From an uncultured Acidobacteriota bacterium (GTDB taxonomy: Bacteria > Acidobacteriota > Terriglobia > Acidiferrales > UBA7541): DNA of 64,000 bases. The notes under the pieces were generated by a model. That model saw nothing but the letters and a program-made list of their open reading frames with translations, was not told the DNA's origin and did no database searches. Positions 44,358 to 53,920 of the stretch are shown piece by piece. The position numbers and the translations under genes were made by a program. How positions within the stretch are numbered: position 1 is the stretch's first letter; the number at the start of each line of letters is the position of its first letter. The stretch lies in NCBI GenBank assembly GCA_963756355.1, contig CAVWOD010000006.1, positions 26,933 to 90,932 on the forward strand. Reading direction: 5' to 3'.

Positions 44358-45104
44358 ATGATGCAAAATAAAACTCTACGAATACTCGGTGCCTTTTTAT
44401 TTCTGGGAACGGGATTGGGTGTGGCCGCTGGCCAGGATAAGCCACCCCTGGATCCAAAGACCGAGGTTCGCCCTGCCGACGATCAAACGCCTGCAGATCC
44501 GGTTCCGGATCCGGTTGTATCGAAGGACCGTCCCGCTCTGCAGAAGCGCAATCCTCGCTACCTGGTGCGTAGCAGCGACATTCTGCAGATTTCGTTTCCG
44601 GTGACTCCGGAATTCGATCAGACAGTGACTGTCCAGCCGGATGGATACATCAGCCTGCACGGAGCCGGCGACCTTTATATCGAAGGGAAGACGGTGCCGG
44701 AAATTATCGAACTGATTAAAGGCGCCTACGCAAAAATTCTGCACGAGCCCATCATTGACATCCTGCTGAAGGACTTCGAAAAGCCTTATTTCATCGTGGG
44801 CGGCCAGGTGAGCCGCCCCGGTAAATACGATTTGCGCGGAGACACTACCGTAACGGAAGCCGTCCAGATTGCCGGTGGCTTCACTGAAAAGTCCAAGCAT
44901 TCGAAAGTGGTGATCTACCGCCGGGTCTCCGAGGGCTGGGTGGAAGTGAAAGAGCTCGACGTAAAAAAGATGCTGGCGAAGAACGATCTGAATGAAGACA
45001 TCCACCTGCACCCGGGCGACATGATTTACGTGCCGCAGAATGGCGTCTCGAAAATCAAGGCGTTTCTGCCCTCCACCGGGTTGGGCATGAGCATGCCCTT
45101 CTAA
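44358..45104 (+). CDS. Short outer-membrane polysaccharide export (OPX) protein: Poly_export + one SLBB domain
   Basis: Signal peptide without a lipobox Cys. Poly_export block YLVRSSDILQISF...VQPDGYISLHGAGDLYIEGKT. SLBB block YFIVGGQVSRPGKY...IHLHPGDMIYVP. The protein ends about 20 aa later. Confidence 0.8.
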   Translation: MMQNKTLRILGAFLFLGTGLGVAAGQDKPPLDPKTEVRPADDQTPADPVPDPVVSKDRPALQKRNPRYLVRSSDILQISFPVTPEFDQTVTVQPDGYISLHGAGDLYIEGKTVPEIIELIKGAYAKILHEPIIDILLKDFEKPYFIVGGQVSRPGKYDLRGDTTVTEAVQIAGGFTEKSKHSKVVIYRRVSEGWVEVKELDVKKMLAKNDLNEDIHLHPGDMIYVPQNGVSKIKAFLPSTGLGMSMPF

Positions 45105-45133
45105 CACGGCCGCAACTGCCAGGGAGATTCGGT

Positions 45134-46642
45134 ATGGAAGATCTGAAACAATCCGCGCGCATCACGCCCCAGATGGTGTTCGACCAGGCCAAGAAGTGGA
45201 GGGGAGCAGCGCTGCGCCACCGGCGCCTGGCCGCGCTTTCTTTCCTCGGAGTTTTCATCGGAGCCGTGGTGGCGGCAGCAGTGATGCCCTTGCGCTATCA
45301 GGCGGAAACGAAACTGCTGGTCAAGCATGAACGGCAGGATCCGATCGTCTCGGCCGAAGCCAATACTTCGATGACGCAGATGCCCACGCTGGTGAGCGAC
45401 ATGGAATTGAACTCGGAAGTGGAGCTGATCCGCAGCCGCGATTTGATCGAAAAAGTGGTGGTGGAATGCGGGCTTCAAAATCAGGTCAGCCAGAAAAGCT
45501 GGCGCTCGCTCTTCGGGCGGCGCAAATATTCGACGGAAGCAGAAGTGATTGCGGCGGCCGGACGCGAACTTGAAAAGAACCTGAAGATCGAACCTTTGCC
45601 GAAAACCAACCTTATTTCGCTGACCTATGATTCCGGCAAAGCGGATCAGTCCGCACGAGTGCTGACGACTCTCGTCAATTTCTACCTGGAAAAGCACGTG
45701 GCGGTGCACCGCCCCGTCGGAGCGTTCCTCTTTTTCGAGCAACAAACCAAAGAGTACGAGAAGCAACTGGCGGCCGCGCAGGCGAACTTGCTGGCTTACA
45801 GCCAAAGGACGGGAGTGATCGCACCCGGCGCGGAAAAGCAAGGAGCGCTCGAGAAACAAATGCAACTGGATGCCGAGCTGAAGCAAACCAGGGCGGCGAT
45901 TTCGGAAACCCAACAGCGCATCGCTCAGCTCGAATCACAGTCCTCGACGGTTCCGAAACGATTGACCACCCAGGTGCGCAATTCGGACAACCCGCAACTG
46001 ATGGGTCAACTGAAGTCCACCCTGCTGACCCTGGAACTGAAGCGTACGGAGCTTCTGCAGAAATTTGATCCGAGCTACCGGCTGGTGCAGGAAGTGGATA
46101 TGCAAATCGCGCAGACTCGATCCGCTATTGAGAATGCGGAGAAAGCGCAACTTCGGGAAGAAACCACCGATCAAAATCCCACCTACGAATGGGTCAAGTC
46201 CGAGCTGGCCAAGGCTCACAGTGACCTTGCCGGCCTCGAGGCGCGCGCCGAGGCCCTGACTCGCAACGTGAAAATGTACCGGTCTGCCGCCAGCGACCTG
46301 GACCAAAAAGAAGTGGTGGACCAATCGTTGCAGCGGGATGTGAAAGCAGCGGAAGCAAATTACCTGCTCTATCTGCACAAACAAGAAGAAGCGAGGATTT
46401 CAGAGGCGCTGGACCGCAGCCAAATCGTCAACGTGGCGGTGGCAGAGCCAGCCATGGTGCCGATGCAACCCATTCGGCCCCGGATGCTGGTGGTGGTGCT
46501 CGGGTTCCTGCTGGCTCTGTTGGTCAGCGTAGGATCGGTGATCGCAGCTGAGTATCTGGATCCCGCGCTGGGCACCTCGGATGAAGTGAAAGAGTTTTTG
46601 GACGTGCCGCTTCTTGCATCGGTAACGGGCCAAGGCCAGTAA
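45134..46642 (+). CDS. GumC/Wzz-type polysaccharide co-polymerase (chain-length determinant) without kinase domain
   Basis: Two TM segments (N-terminal LAALSFLGVFIGAVVAAAVM, C-terminal MLVVVLGFLLALLVSVGSVIAA) flank a long coiled-coil region. Wzz motif LRYQAETKLLVK. Confidence 0.8.
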   Translation: MEDLKQSARITPQMVFDQAKKWRGAALRHRRLAALSFLGVFIGAVVAAAVMPLRYQAETKLLVKHERQDPIVSAEANTSMTQMPTLVSDMELNSEVELIRSRDLIEKVVVECGLQNQVSQKSWRSLFGRRKYSTEAEVIAAAGRELEKNLKIEPLPKTNLISLTYDSGKADQSARVLTTLVNFYLEKHVAVHRPVGAFLFFEQQTKEYEKQLAAAQANLLAYSQRTGVIAPGAEKQGALEKQMQLDAELKQTRAAISETQQRIAQLESQSSTVPKRLTTQVRNSDNPQLMGQLKSTLLTLELKRTELLQKFDPSYRLVQEVDMQIAQTRSAIENAEKAQLREETTDQNPTYEWVKSELAKAHSDLAGLEARAEALTRNVKMYRSAASDLDQKEVVDQSLQRDVKAAEANYLLYLHKQEEARISEALDRSQIVNVAVAEPAMVPMQPIRPRMLVVVLGFLLALLVSVGSVIAAEYLDPALGTSDEVKEFLDVPLLASVTGQGQ

Positions 46643-46651
46643 GGAGAATCG

Positions 46652-48571
46652 ATGTTTCTGGAATTCTACGGACTTCACGAGCAGCCTTTCGGGGTTACAC
46701 CCGATCCGCGCTTCTTATATATCAGTTCCACGCACCGGGAAGCCTTGTCCTCGCTTTATTACGGCCTGGAAACCTCACGGGGATTTCTGACTTTGATCGC
46801 TCCCCCGGGGATGGGGAAGACAACGCTGCTCTTCCACCTTCTGGAACGGCTGCGCAGCACGGCGCACACCGCTTTCCTGTTCCAGACGCAGTGTGATTCC
46901 CGCGAACTGTTCCGCTATTTGCTCTCCGACCTGGGGATCGATGCTGGGGATCAGAATCTGGCGCGCATGCACGAGAAATTGAACGAAGTGCTGATCAATG
47001 ACGCGCGCGCCGGGAAGCGATTTATTCTGGTGATCGACGAGGCGCAGAACCTGGAAGACTCGGTTCTGGAAACGGTTCGTTTGCTTTCCGATTTCGAAAC
47101 GCCGCAAGCGAAACTGATGCAGATCGTGCTGGCCGGGCAGCCGCAACTGGCGGACAAACTGACCCGTCCCGGCCTGGCGCAACTACGGCAACGCATATCG
47201 ATCGTCAGCCGCCTGGAACCGTTCACGCCGGCCGAAACGGTGATGTATATCGACCACCGTTTGGCTGTGGCGGGGCACAATGGAGATCCGATCTTCACCT
47301 ACGACGCTTTGGCGCTGATCGCGGTGCAGAGCGGAGGGATCCCGAGAAACATCAATAATATGTGCTTCAATGCGATGTCACTGGGATTTGCCAAAGGGCA
47401 AAGGAAGATCGATGCAGCAACCGTTCGAGAAATTCTGTCCGATTTGAACCTGGATCTGCTCGGCTCGTTACGGGATGCAGCTCGCTACGTGACTCCTATC
47501 TCCTCTTCTGCCGCCGAATCAAATTGGAAATCCGATGTGGTTGACCGGGAAGTGCAGGCAGCGGCACGGGCGGTGCGCGAGCTTCGCACATCTCCTTCGA
47601 CTGAACTTCCGGCCGCGGACCGGCACCGGGGCCAATCGAATCAGCGCGAGGGAGAGCGAAATCATCGAGAGCGTATGGAGTCTGCGCGAGCGACAATGGG
47701 CCCAGTAGAGATGCCCAACCCGGCCGAAAATATTCCAGTCGAAGAAGTGCAAATGGACACCGATTCGAAGGTGGAAACGGACCGGGATTCACGGAACAAA
47801 TCCGCGGTCGAACTCTCTGAGATCGAGAGATCTGCTCCGGAGGCGAAAGAATTCCGGGTCAATTTAAAGAAGCAGGAGGCGTCTCGCCCAGAACAGCAGA
47901 GGAACGAGAGCGAGGCAGCGCTGCCGGCGGTTTCCGGGGAACCCGCAAGCACCCCTGCTCAATCGGAAGCGGTGAAGCGAGGGCACAAAGAAACCGCTGA
48001 ACAGAGCGTGGAGAAAAAATGGAAGCAAGCGAGCGGTGGCGAAAAGGAATCGCACGCTTCCCTGCCACAAATGGGCGTAGCTGCCATGGAAAAAGTTCAG
48101 CCGGCAATGCAGAATCCTTCCGCGTCCATTATTCAGAGAAGCGGGCAGGTGTGGCGGAGAATCTTTCGCAAAGGCGCTTTTTCCTACGGCTTGGTGCTGT
48201 TACTGGGCCTGGCCTTCCTGTGGCCGAACCGGCACCTCACTGCTGTTCGCGCGACACCGGCGATTGAGCCGCAGAAATCGGTGCAGGAACCCGAAGTGAA
48301 GACGCCTTTAGCTGCGGACTCTGCGGCTGCCAAACCAGCCGACAAGGCGCCGGTGACCATCGTGGTCCAGGCCGATGAAACGCTTTCGAATCTCGCTCAG
48401 AAGCACATCGGAACCTACAATGAGAAAGCGTTAGCGGAGATCCAAGCGCTTAATCCCGCAATCAAAGATCCGAATTTGATCGTGGTCGGACAGAAGATTC
48501 AAATGCCCCATGCGGCCCGCGAGACCAACGACCCCAACACTTCGGCTACCGACCAGCAAGTTCCTCGCTAA
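46652..48571 (+). CDS. ExeA/GspA-like AAA+ ATPase, disordered linker, single TM helix, C-terminal LysM domain
   Basis: Walker A APPGMGKTT and Walker B FILVIDEAQNL. An acidic low-complexity stretch of about 230 aa. TM segment AFSYGLVLLLGLAFLW. LysM-like VTIVVQADETLSNLAQKHIGTYNEKALAEIQALNPAIKDPNLIVVGQKIQMP. Confidence 0.75.
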   Translation: MFLEFYGLHEQPFGVTPDPRFLYISSTHREALSSLYYGLETSRGFLTLIAPPGMGKTTLLFHLLERLRSTAHTAFLFQTQCDSRELFRYLLSDLGIDAGDQNLARMHEKLNEVLINDARAGKRFILVIDEAQNLEDSVLETVRLLSDFETPQAKLMQIVLAGQPQLADKLTRPGLAQLRQRISIVSRLEPFTPAETVMYIDHRLAVAGHNGDPIFTYDALALIAVQSGGIPRNINNMCFNAMSLGFAKGQRKIDAATVREILSDLNLDLLGSLRDAARYVTPISSSAAESNWKSDVVDREVQAAARAVRELRTSPSTELPAADRHRGQSNQREGERNHRERMESARATMGPVEMPNPAENIPVEEVQMDTDSKVETDRDSRNKSAVELSEIERSAPEAKEFRVNLKKQEASRPEQQRNESEAALPAVSGEPASTPAQSEAVKRGHKETAEQSVEKKWKQASGGEKESHASLPQMGVAAMEKVQPAMQNPSASIIQRSGQVWRRIFRKGAFSYGLVLLLGLAFLWPNRHLTAVRATPAIEPQKSVQEPEVKTPLAADSAAAKPADKAPVTIVVQADETLSNLAQKHIGTYNEKALAEIQALNPAIKDPNLIVVGQKIQMPHAARETNDPNTSATDQQVPR

Positions 48572-48580
48572 GTTCCTGAT

Positions 48581-49465
48581 ATGAGCAAAAACTTCGAACT
48601 CCTACGACAAGCGCAACGAGACAAGGGACTGCTCGACCGGGAATTCTCGGCCGCCGCTTCGAACAGCAAAATGCATGAAGTGTTGCGGCAGGCCAATCGT
48701 GGCCAGGATTTGCTCAATACTTCGGTAGCGGCGAAGCCTTTCCCTCTTGAACAGCCGCAAGCCGTTCCCAGCCGTTTCTCGAGGGAAGAAACGTACAAAT
48801 TGGTTCAGCGAATGTTTCTGGCAAACCGCCAGGCAGCGCCGCAGATGATTGTGTTTTGCGGCGTAGCTGACGAAAGCAAATATGGCTGGATTTGCGCGCG
48901 CTCGGCCGAGCATCTCTCCAGCCAGGTGAAGGGCTCGGTCTGCGTTGTGGATGCGAACCTGCCGCATCCTTCGCTGCACAACTCCTTCAAAGCGGATGGA
49001 TCCAGGGGACTCCGGGAAGCCTATAACGAATCGAAGCCGGCGCAGAATTTCGTTCAACGGATCGGCACTGGAAACTTGTGGCTGCTGCCCGCCGGATCAA
49101 CGGGCGGGAACATCAACCTCCGGACATTCATGACCTCGGAGCGCTTGCGGACGTTACTAGCCGAATTGCGCACGGAATTCGATTATGTGCTGATCCATGC
49201 CGCGCCCTTGGCGGCCGAGCGCGATTTCAGCTTCCTGGCAGCCCAGACGGACGGCGTGATCCTGGTGATGCAGCCAAATAGCACGAGCTCAAAAATGGCG
49301 CTTAAGGCGAAAGACGATTTGCATTGTGCCGGCGCCCGCGTGCTGGGTGTGGTGTTCAACGAACAGCCTTGGAACCTGGCTGAGAAGTTTGCCGAACTGC
49401 GGTCCAAGGCGCTGCACTACGCCATGCAGCGAACCACTTGGCGCAAAACAATATCCAATCGCTAG
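48581..49465 (+). CDS. BY-kinase (CpsD/CapB/Wzc-C) homolog with degenerate Walker A and B motifs
   Basis: Walker A' is retained (VCVVDANLPHPSL). The Walker A position reads FCGVADESKYGW with no GK[ST]. The Walker B position reads YVLIHAAP, where His replaces the expected Asp. There is no C-terminal Tyr cluster. Confidence 0.65.
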   Translation: MSKNFELLRQAQRDKGLLDREFSAAASNSKMHEVLRQANRGQDLLNTSVAAKPFPLEQPQAVPSRFSREETYKLVQRMFLANRQAAPQMIVFCGVADESKYGWICARSAEHLSSQVKGSVCVVDANLPHPSLHNSFKADGSRGLREAYNESKPAQNFVQRIGTGNLWLLPAGSTGGNINLRTFMTSERLRTLLAELRTEFDYVLIHAAPLAAERDFSFLAAQTDGVILVMQPNSTSSKMALKAKDDLHCAGARVLGVVFNEQPWNLAEKFAELRSKALHYAMQRTTWRKTISNR

Positions 49466-50973
49466 AAGCGCTTCTCGTAGCAAACCTCGATACCGATCTA
49501 AATTACAAATCAATAGTACAACTGAGGCATTCCGTGGGTACCGCACGTCGACAATTACTTCCGAACCTGTACAAGCTATTCGAAGTGGCAATCGCGGCTG
49601 CAGCTTTTGTCCTGGCTCTGTTGCCCCAAATAGAGCCAGGCGATGGGATGTCGCTCAGAGCGATTCTCGCGATGCGCGTAAGCATTCAGGAGCTTACGCT
49701 GTTCTGCCTCTTTCTAGTGCTGTGGCACATGATATTCGCGTCGTTTGGGCTGTACGATTCCAAGCGGCTTTCCCGGAAGTGGGAAGAAGTTTTTGAAGTG
49801 CTGGAAGCCACCACGATGGGCGTCGCCATTCTTTTCCTGGCTCGCCAGATGTTCCACCTGCCGTCGCTGACTCTTCCCTTCCTCGCAACTTTCTGGGCTG
49901 TGGATACCGTGACGGTGGTGGTGATCCGCAAGATCGTGCGGGCGGCTCTGGAACGCATCCGGATGAGGGGCCGCAATCTCCGGCACGTCCTGATCGCGGG
50001 GACAAATTCAAGGGCGATCGAGTTTGCCCGCGACATCGAGGCAAATCCGGGGCTGGGTTACCGGATCATCGGATTCGCCGACGAGGACTGGAGCGGAGTA
50101 GCCGATATTGAAAAAGCGGGTTACCAGCTCGTCTGCGCATTGAAGAACTTCCGGGAGTTCTTGCGCGAGAACGTGGTGGATGAAGTGGTGGTGGCGCTGC
50201 CCATGCAATCCCATTACGCCCACGCTTCGGAGATCGGGGCGATTTGCGAAGAGCAAGGCCTGGTGATTCGATTCATCTCGAGCATCGTGAGCCCGAAGCT
50301 GGCGCATACCAGGACCGACGAACTGGCGGGCAATTCCTTCATCATGATTTATCCGCGGACGCCGGAATATTTGTCCCTGTTCGTCAAGCGCGCGTTTGAT
50401 TTCACTCTGTCGTTGATCGGACTGATCGTGCTTCTGCCGGTGTTCCTGGTCGTGGCCATCCTCATCAAGCTCACATCCCCGGGTCCCGTGGTTTTCGCTC
50501 AGAAACGGCTGGGATTCAACAAGCGGATATTCTCGGTCTACAAATTCCGGACCATGGTAATCGACGCCGAAGAGAAATTAGCCGAGATCGACCACTTGAA
50601 TGAAGTCAGCGGACCGGTATTCAAAATCAAGAACGATCCTCGAGTAACCGGGCTTGGAAAATTCTTACGGAAAGCCAGCATTGACGAGCTTCCACAACTT
50701 TTCAACGTCCTGAAAGGCGAAATGAGCCTGGTGGGCCCGCGCCCCCTTCCCGTGCGCGATTACCTTGGATTCCGGCAGGACTGGCAGCGCCGGCGCTTCT
50801 GCGTTCGCCCAGGACTTACGTGTCTTTGGCAGGTGAAAGGCCGGAGCAGCATCCCGTTCGAGGAGTGGATGGCGCTGGATATGCAATACATCGATCACCG
50901 CTCTTTATGGCTCGATTTGCAGATTCTAATCCGGACCATTCCCGCCGTGCTGAAAGGATTGGGAGCCGCCTGA
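49438..50973 (+). CDS. Polyprenyl-phosphate glycosyl-1-phosphate transferase (WbaP/EPS priming sugar transferase)
   Basis: N-terminal TM helices, a central Rossmann-like region (VLIAGTNSRAIEFA) and C-terminal bacterial sugar transferase signature RPGLTCLWQV / DELPQLFNVLKGEMSLVGPRP. The start is uncertain because the ORF overlaps the upstream gene by 28 nt. Confidence 0.85.
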   Translation: MAQNNIQSLEALLVANLDTDLNYKSIVQLRHSVGTARRQLLPNLYKLFEVAIAAAAFVLALLPQIEPGDGMSLRAILAMRVSIQELTLFCLFLVLWHMIFASFGLYDSKRLSRKWEEVFEVLEATTMGVAILFLARQMFHLPSLTLPFLATFWAVDTVTVVVIRKIVRAALERIRMRGRNLRHVLIAGTNSRAIEFARDIEANPGLGYRIIGFADEDWSGVADIEKAGYQLVCALKNFREFLRENVVDEVVVALPMQSHYAHASEIGAICEEQGLVIRFISSIVSPKLAHTRTDELAGNSFIMIYPRTPEYLSLFVKRAFDFTLSLIGLIVLLPVFLVVAILIKLTSPGPVVFAQKRLGFNKRIFSVYKFRTMVIDAEEKLAEIDHLNEVSGPVFKIKNDPRVTGLGKFLRKASIDELPQLFNVLKGEMSLVGPRPLPVRDYLGFRQDWQRRRFCVRPGLTCLWQVKGRSSIPFEEWMALDMQYIDHRSLWLDLQILIRTIPAVLKGLGAA

Positions 50974-51067
50974 TCTTCACTGCAACCAGGGATCAGCGGA
51001 GCAAGGCAGTAGAGACGGAACGCGGTTGGACCCAGTCATCGTGAAAGAGAAACTGAAAACTTTCGAC

Positions 51068-52471
51068 ATGTCAGCCAAAAACGGAAACGGCAACGGGAGG
51101 GCGGCTGAAGCCCGCTCCACGGCATCCGCGCAAATTGCGCAGCCCGGAGAGCTGGATTTCCTGAGCTGCCTGTTTTGCGCGCTTGGCCAGGAAGGGATCC
51201 GCTACTGCGTTTTGCAGCGCTGGGATGCCCTTCTCGATGAACTGCACACCGACCACGACGTGGACTTGGTGGTCCACCCAAAAGACGCGGGCAAACTGCG
51301 CTTCGTCTGGCAAGCGCTCCTGAAGCGAGGCTACACGCCGATTCATCTGTTGAATCATGAAGTAAACGCCTACGCATTTGTGTTCGCCTGGTTCGAAGAC
51401 CTCGCGATGAGAACCGTGATGGTTGATATCGCCTTCGAACACCGCCAAAGCGGCCTGATTTGGAAATCCGGCGAGGAGCTTCTCGCCGGGCGCCAAATGC
51501 AAGGCAACATGTGGGTGTCTGATCCCGGGGTAGAGCTGGCTTACCTGCTCGTGAAGAAGATGCTGAAAGGATCCTTCAAAGCGTCCCGTGAATTGCGCTA
51601 CCAATTGCTGGTCGGGAGAGTGGGGCGCGAGCGAGCGAAGGAAATTATCACGGAACTATTCGGCGAGGAACGAAGCGAGGCGGTGCTTGAGGGGTGCGAA
51701 AAAGCGAATCTGGGCCCCGTGCTTCGGCCGCTCCGAAAGAGTTTTCTTCTGAAGAGCTACATTCGCAACCCTTTCAACCTGGTTCGCTACGTACTGGCAA
51801 ATGATTTGCGTCTGGCCCGGCGCTGGTTTCAACCGACCGGCTTGACGCTGGCGCTCTTAGGAACTAGTTCTCTGCGGGAAGGCAATGTCTATCAGCGGGT
51901 GGTGGAAGTGCTTACTCCCGCGTTTGGGGAAAGCAACATCCGATGGCGGCAGCGTCCCGCGGTTGCCGGAAATGATCCGGAATCGGTCGAAACCTTTGTC
52001 TACGGACATTCCAAGGGAACTTTGGGATCGAGCATTGGCCTGGTGGCTTGGTTCTGCAACTACTGGGCGCGATATGCATTTCACATTCGGCCGCTGGTCG
52101 TGCGCACTCACCTGGTCGTGCTTGACCGCTATTTCCATGACGGCCTCGTTGACCCCACTTCCGGAAAGCTGAAAGGCCCCGTGTGGATGGCGCGATTGCT
52201 CAGCCGATTCGCTCCTAAACCTGATCTGCTTCTGTTCCTGGGCTCGAAAGAAGAGGCGATGCCTGGAGATGCGAGAGTGGCGGCGGGGAAAGAAAAGCAG
52301 TCAGGGAACGGGAGCTCACGGGAATTTCTGCTGCCCTATCGGAGCGTTCGCCTGGTTGATACCAACTCGAAAATGGATCAGACCGTGCGAGAGGCTTCCC
52401 AATTGTTCATGGAACATCTTGCCCAGCGATTCCAAAACCGGCACGCGCGCTGGATCGGCGTGCAATCCTAA
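51068..52471 (+). CDS. Uncharacterised two-domain protein, paralog A: NTase-like N-half with acidic DVD motif, P-loop-kinase-like C-half with Walker A lost
   Basis: N-half ...HTDHDVDLVVHPKD...VMVDIAFE. C-half aligns to paralog B (RRWFQPTGLTLALLGTSSLREGNVYQ versus LRWKQPTGLSLILLGPDGVGKSTLVS; VVLDRYFHDGLVD versus VIFDRYYYDLLVD). Start is ATG 51068 or TTG 51026. Confidence 0.6.
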   Translation: MSAKNGNGNGRAAEARSTASAQIAQPGELDFLSCLFCALGQEGIRYCVLQRWDALLDELHTDHDVDLVVHPKDAGKLRFVWQALLKRGYTPIHLLNHEVNAYAFVFAWFEDLAMRTVMVDIAFEHRQSGLIWKSGEELLAGRQMQGNMWVSDPGVELAYLLVKKMLKGSFKASRELRYQLLVGRVGRERAKEIITELFGEERSEAVLEGCEKANLGPVLRPLRKSFLLKSYIRNPFNLVRYVLANDLRLARRWFQPTGLTLALLGTSSLREGNVYQRVVEVLTPAFGESNIRWRQRPAVAGNDPESVETFVYGHSKGTLGSSIGLVAWFCNYWARYAFHIRPLVVRTHLVVLDRYFHDGLVDPTSGKLKGPVWMARLLSRFAPKPDLLLFLGSKEEAMPGDARVAAGKEKQSGNGSSREFLLPYRSVRLVDTNSKMDQTVREASQLFMEHLAQRFQNRHARWIGVQS

Positions 52472-52492
52472 ATCAGCAACACAAATACCTGC

Positions 52493-53920
52493 ATGAATGA
52501 ATTTATGAACTTAAACGCCGCTGCTCAAAATGCGAGCATTCCGAGTGGCACGCGAGAGACGATCCGGCTCACTCCCAGCGGTGCGCAGATTTCGCGTCCA
52601 AGCCTGGCGCACTTTGTGCGCTCGCTTTTTATCACGCTCGAGCAGAGGCAAGTTCGCAACTGCGCGATGCAGGGGTGGGAAGCAGTCCTGGATCGAAGCC
52701 AAAAAGAATTTGCAATCGAACTCGCCGTTCATCCGGACGACCGCGCCAAACTGTATTCCGCCTTTGATCTTTTGAGCAAGGACGGATACCGGCTGGTACA
52801 AGAATTGAACTACAGCGCCCGAGTGAGCGCCCTTACTTTCGCCTGGTTCGAAAATCTCTTGCTGAAGACAATTCGAATCGATTTTGTGTTTGAACCTCCC
52901 AAGAACCGGCACAAGGCAAAAAATCTGTGGATCGCCGATCCGTCGCTGGCTTTCGCTGGCACACTCCTGAGTTGCATTGCCAGGGGAGCGGTGAGCCCCC
53001 GGCAGGAACGGCAAATTGACGCCTTCGTCGAGAAACTCGGACGCACGGGCGCCGAAGGAATCGCAGGCGAACTCGTCGGCAGCCGATTGGGGAAACAGAT
53101 CGTCGAAGCGAGCCAAGCGGGACGCCTGGAAGAAGTGCTCACGAAGCTCGGGCCGGCCCTTGCGTGGAGGCAATTTCTGAAGAAGCCTTCACAGGCAGTG
53201 CGTTTTTTCCGGGGCGAAGCAGGACGAAAAATTCTGCGCTGGAAGCAGCCGACTGGCCTTTCCCTGATATTGCTGGGCCCTGATGGGGTGGGAAAAAGCA
53301 CCCTGGTGAGCGGGATGATGACCTCACTGGCCCCCCTTTTCAGCGGCGAGCACGTTTCACATTGGCGTCCGGGCGTGGTGATTCCCATCCGGGATGGGGA
53401 CAAATCAGAGGTCAATCCGCACGATGATCCGCCGCGCAGTGCATTCGTTTCCACCTTGTATTTGCTTGGTTTCTGCCTGGACTTTTGGGTGGGCCACGCG
53501 GTTCGCATTCGCCCTCAACTGACCCAATCTAAATTCGTAATCTTCGACCGATACTATTACGACTTGTTGGTGGACCAGGTGCGCTATCGCTACTCCGGCT
53601 CGGAGTGGCTGCTGAGGTTTCTGTTGCGCTTTATTCCAAAGCGCGAACAAATTGTGCTCATTCTCGACGCCCCGGAAAATGTGATCCTGTCCCGCAAGCA
53701 GCAACTGACACTCGCGGAACTCCAGCGCCAGCGTGTGGCCTACCGAGGCCTTACCAAGACGCTGAACAACGCTCACATCATTGAAACACAGCACGGAATC
53801 GAGCAGGCACTGGCGGCGGCCTGCCATGTGGTAACCGAGCAAATGGGCCAGCGGATCGAGGCCCGGCACGCGGCTTCCTTCGCCACGCGTCCAACTGAAA
53901 TCTCTGGAGGTTCGCTGTGA
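52493..53920 (+). CDS. Uncharacterised two-domain protein, paralog B: NTase-like N-half with acidic motif altered, thymidylate-kinase-like C-half with intact Walker A
   Basis: Walker A LLGPDGVGKST (53275-53301) and a DRY-type motif FDRYYYD. The N-half has AIELAV where paralog A has DVDLVV. It shares FAWFE(D/N)L and (V/I)DxxFE blocks with paralog A. Confidence 0.6.
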   Translation: MNEFMNLNAAAQNASIPSGTRETIRLTPSGAQISRPSLAHFVRSLFITLEQRQVRNCAMQGWEAVLDRSQKEFAIELAVHPDDRAKLYSAFDLLSKDGYRLVQELNYSARVSALTFAWFENLLLKTIRIDFVFEPPKNRHKAKNLWIADPSLAFAGTLLSCIARGAVSPRQERQIDAFVEKLGRTGAEGIAGELVGSRLGKQIVEASQAGRLEEVLTKLGPALAWRQFLKKPSQAVRFFRGEAGRKILRWKQPTGLSLILLGPDGVGKSTLVSGMMTSLAPLFSGEHVSHWRPGVVIPIRDGDKSEVNPHDDPPRSAFVSTLYLLGFCLDFWVGHAVRIRPQLTQSKFVIFDRYYYDLLVDQVRYRYSGSEWLLRFLLRFIPKREQIVLILDAPENVILSRKQQLTLAELQRQRVAYRGLTKTLNNAHIIETQHGIEQALAAACHVVTEQMGQRIEARHAASFATRPTEISGGSL

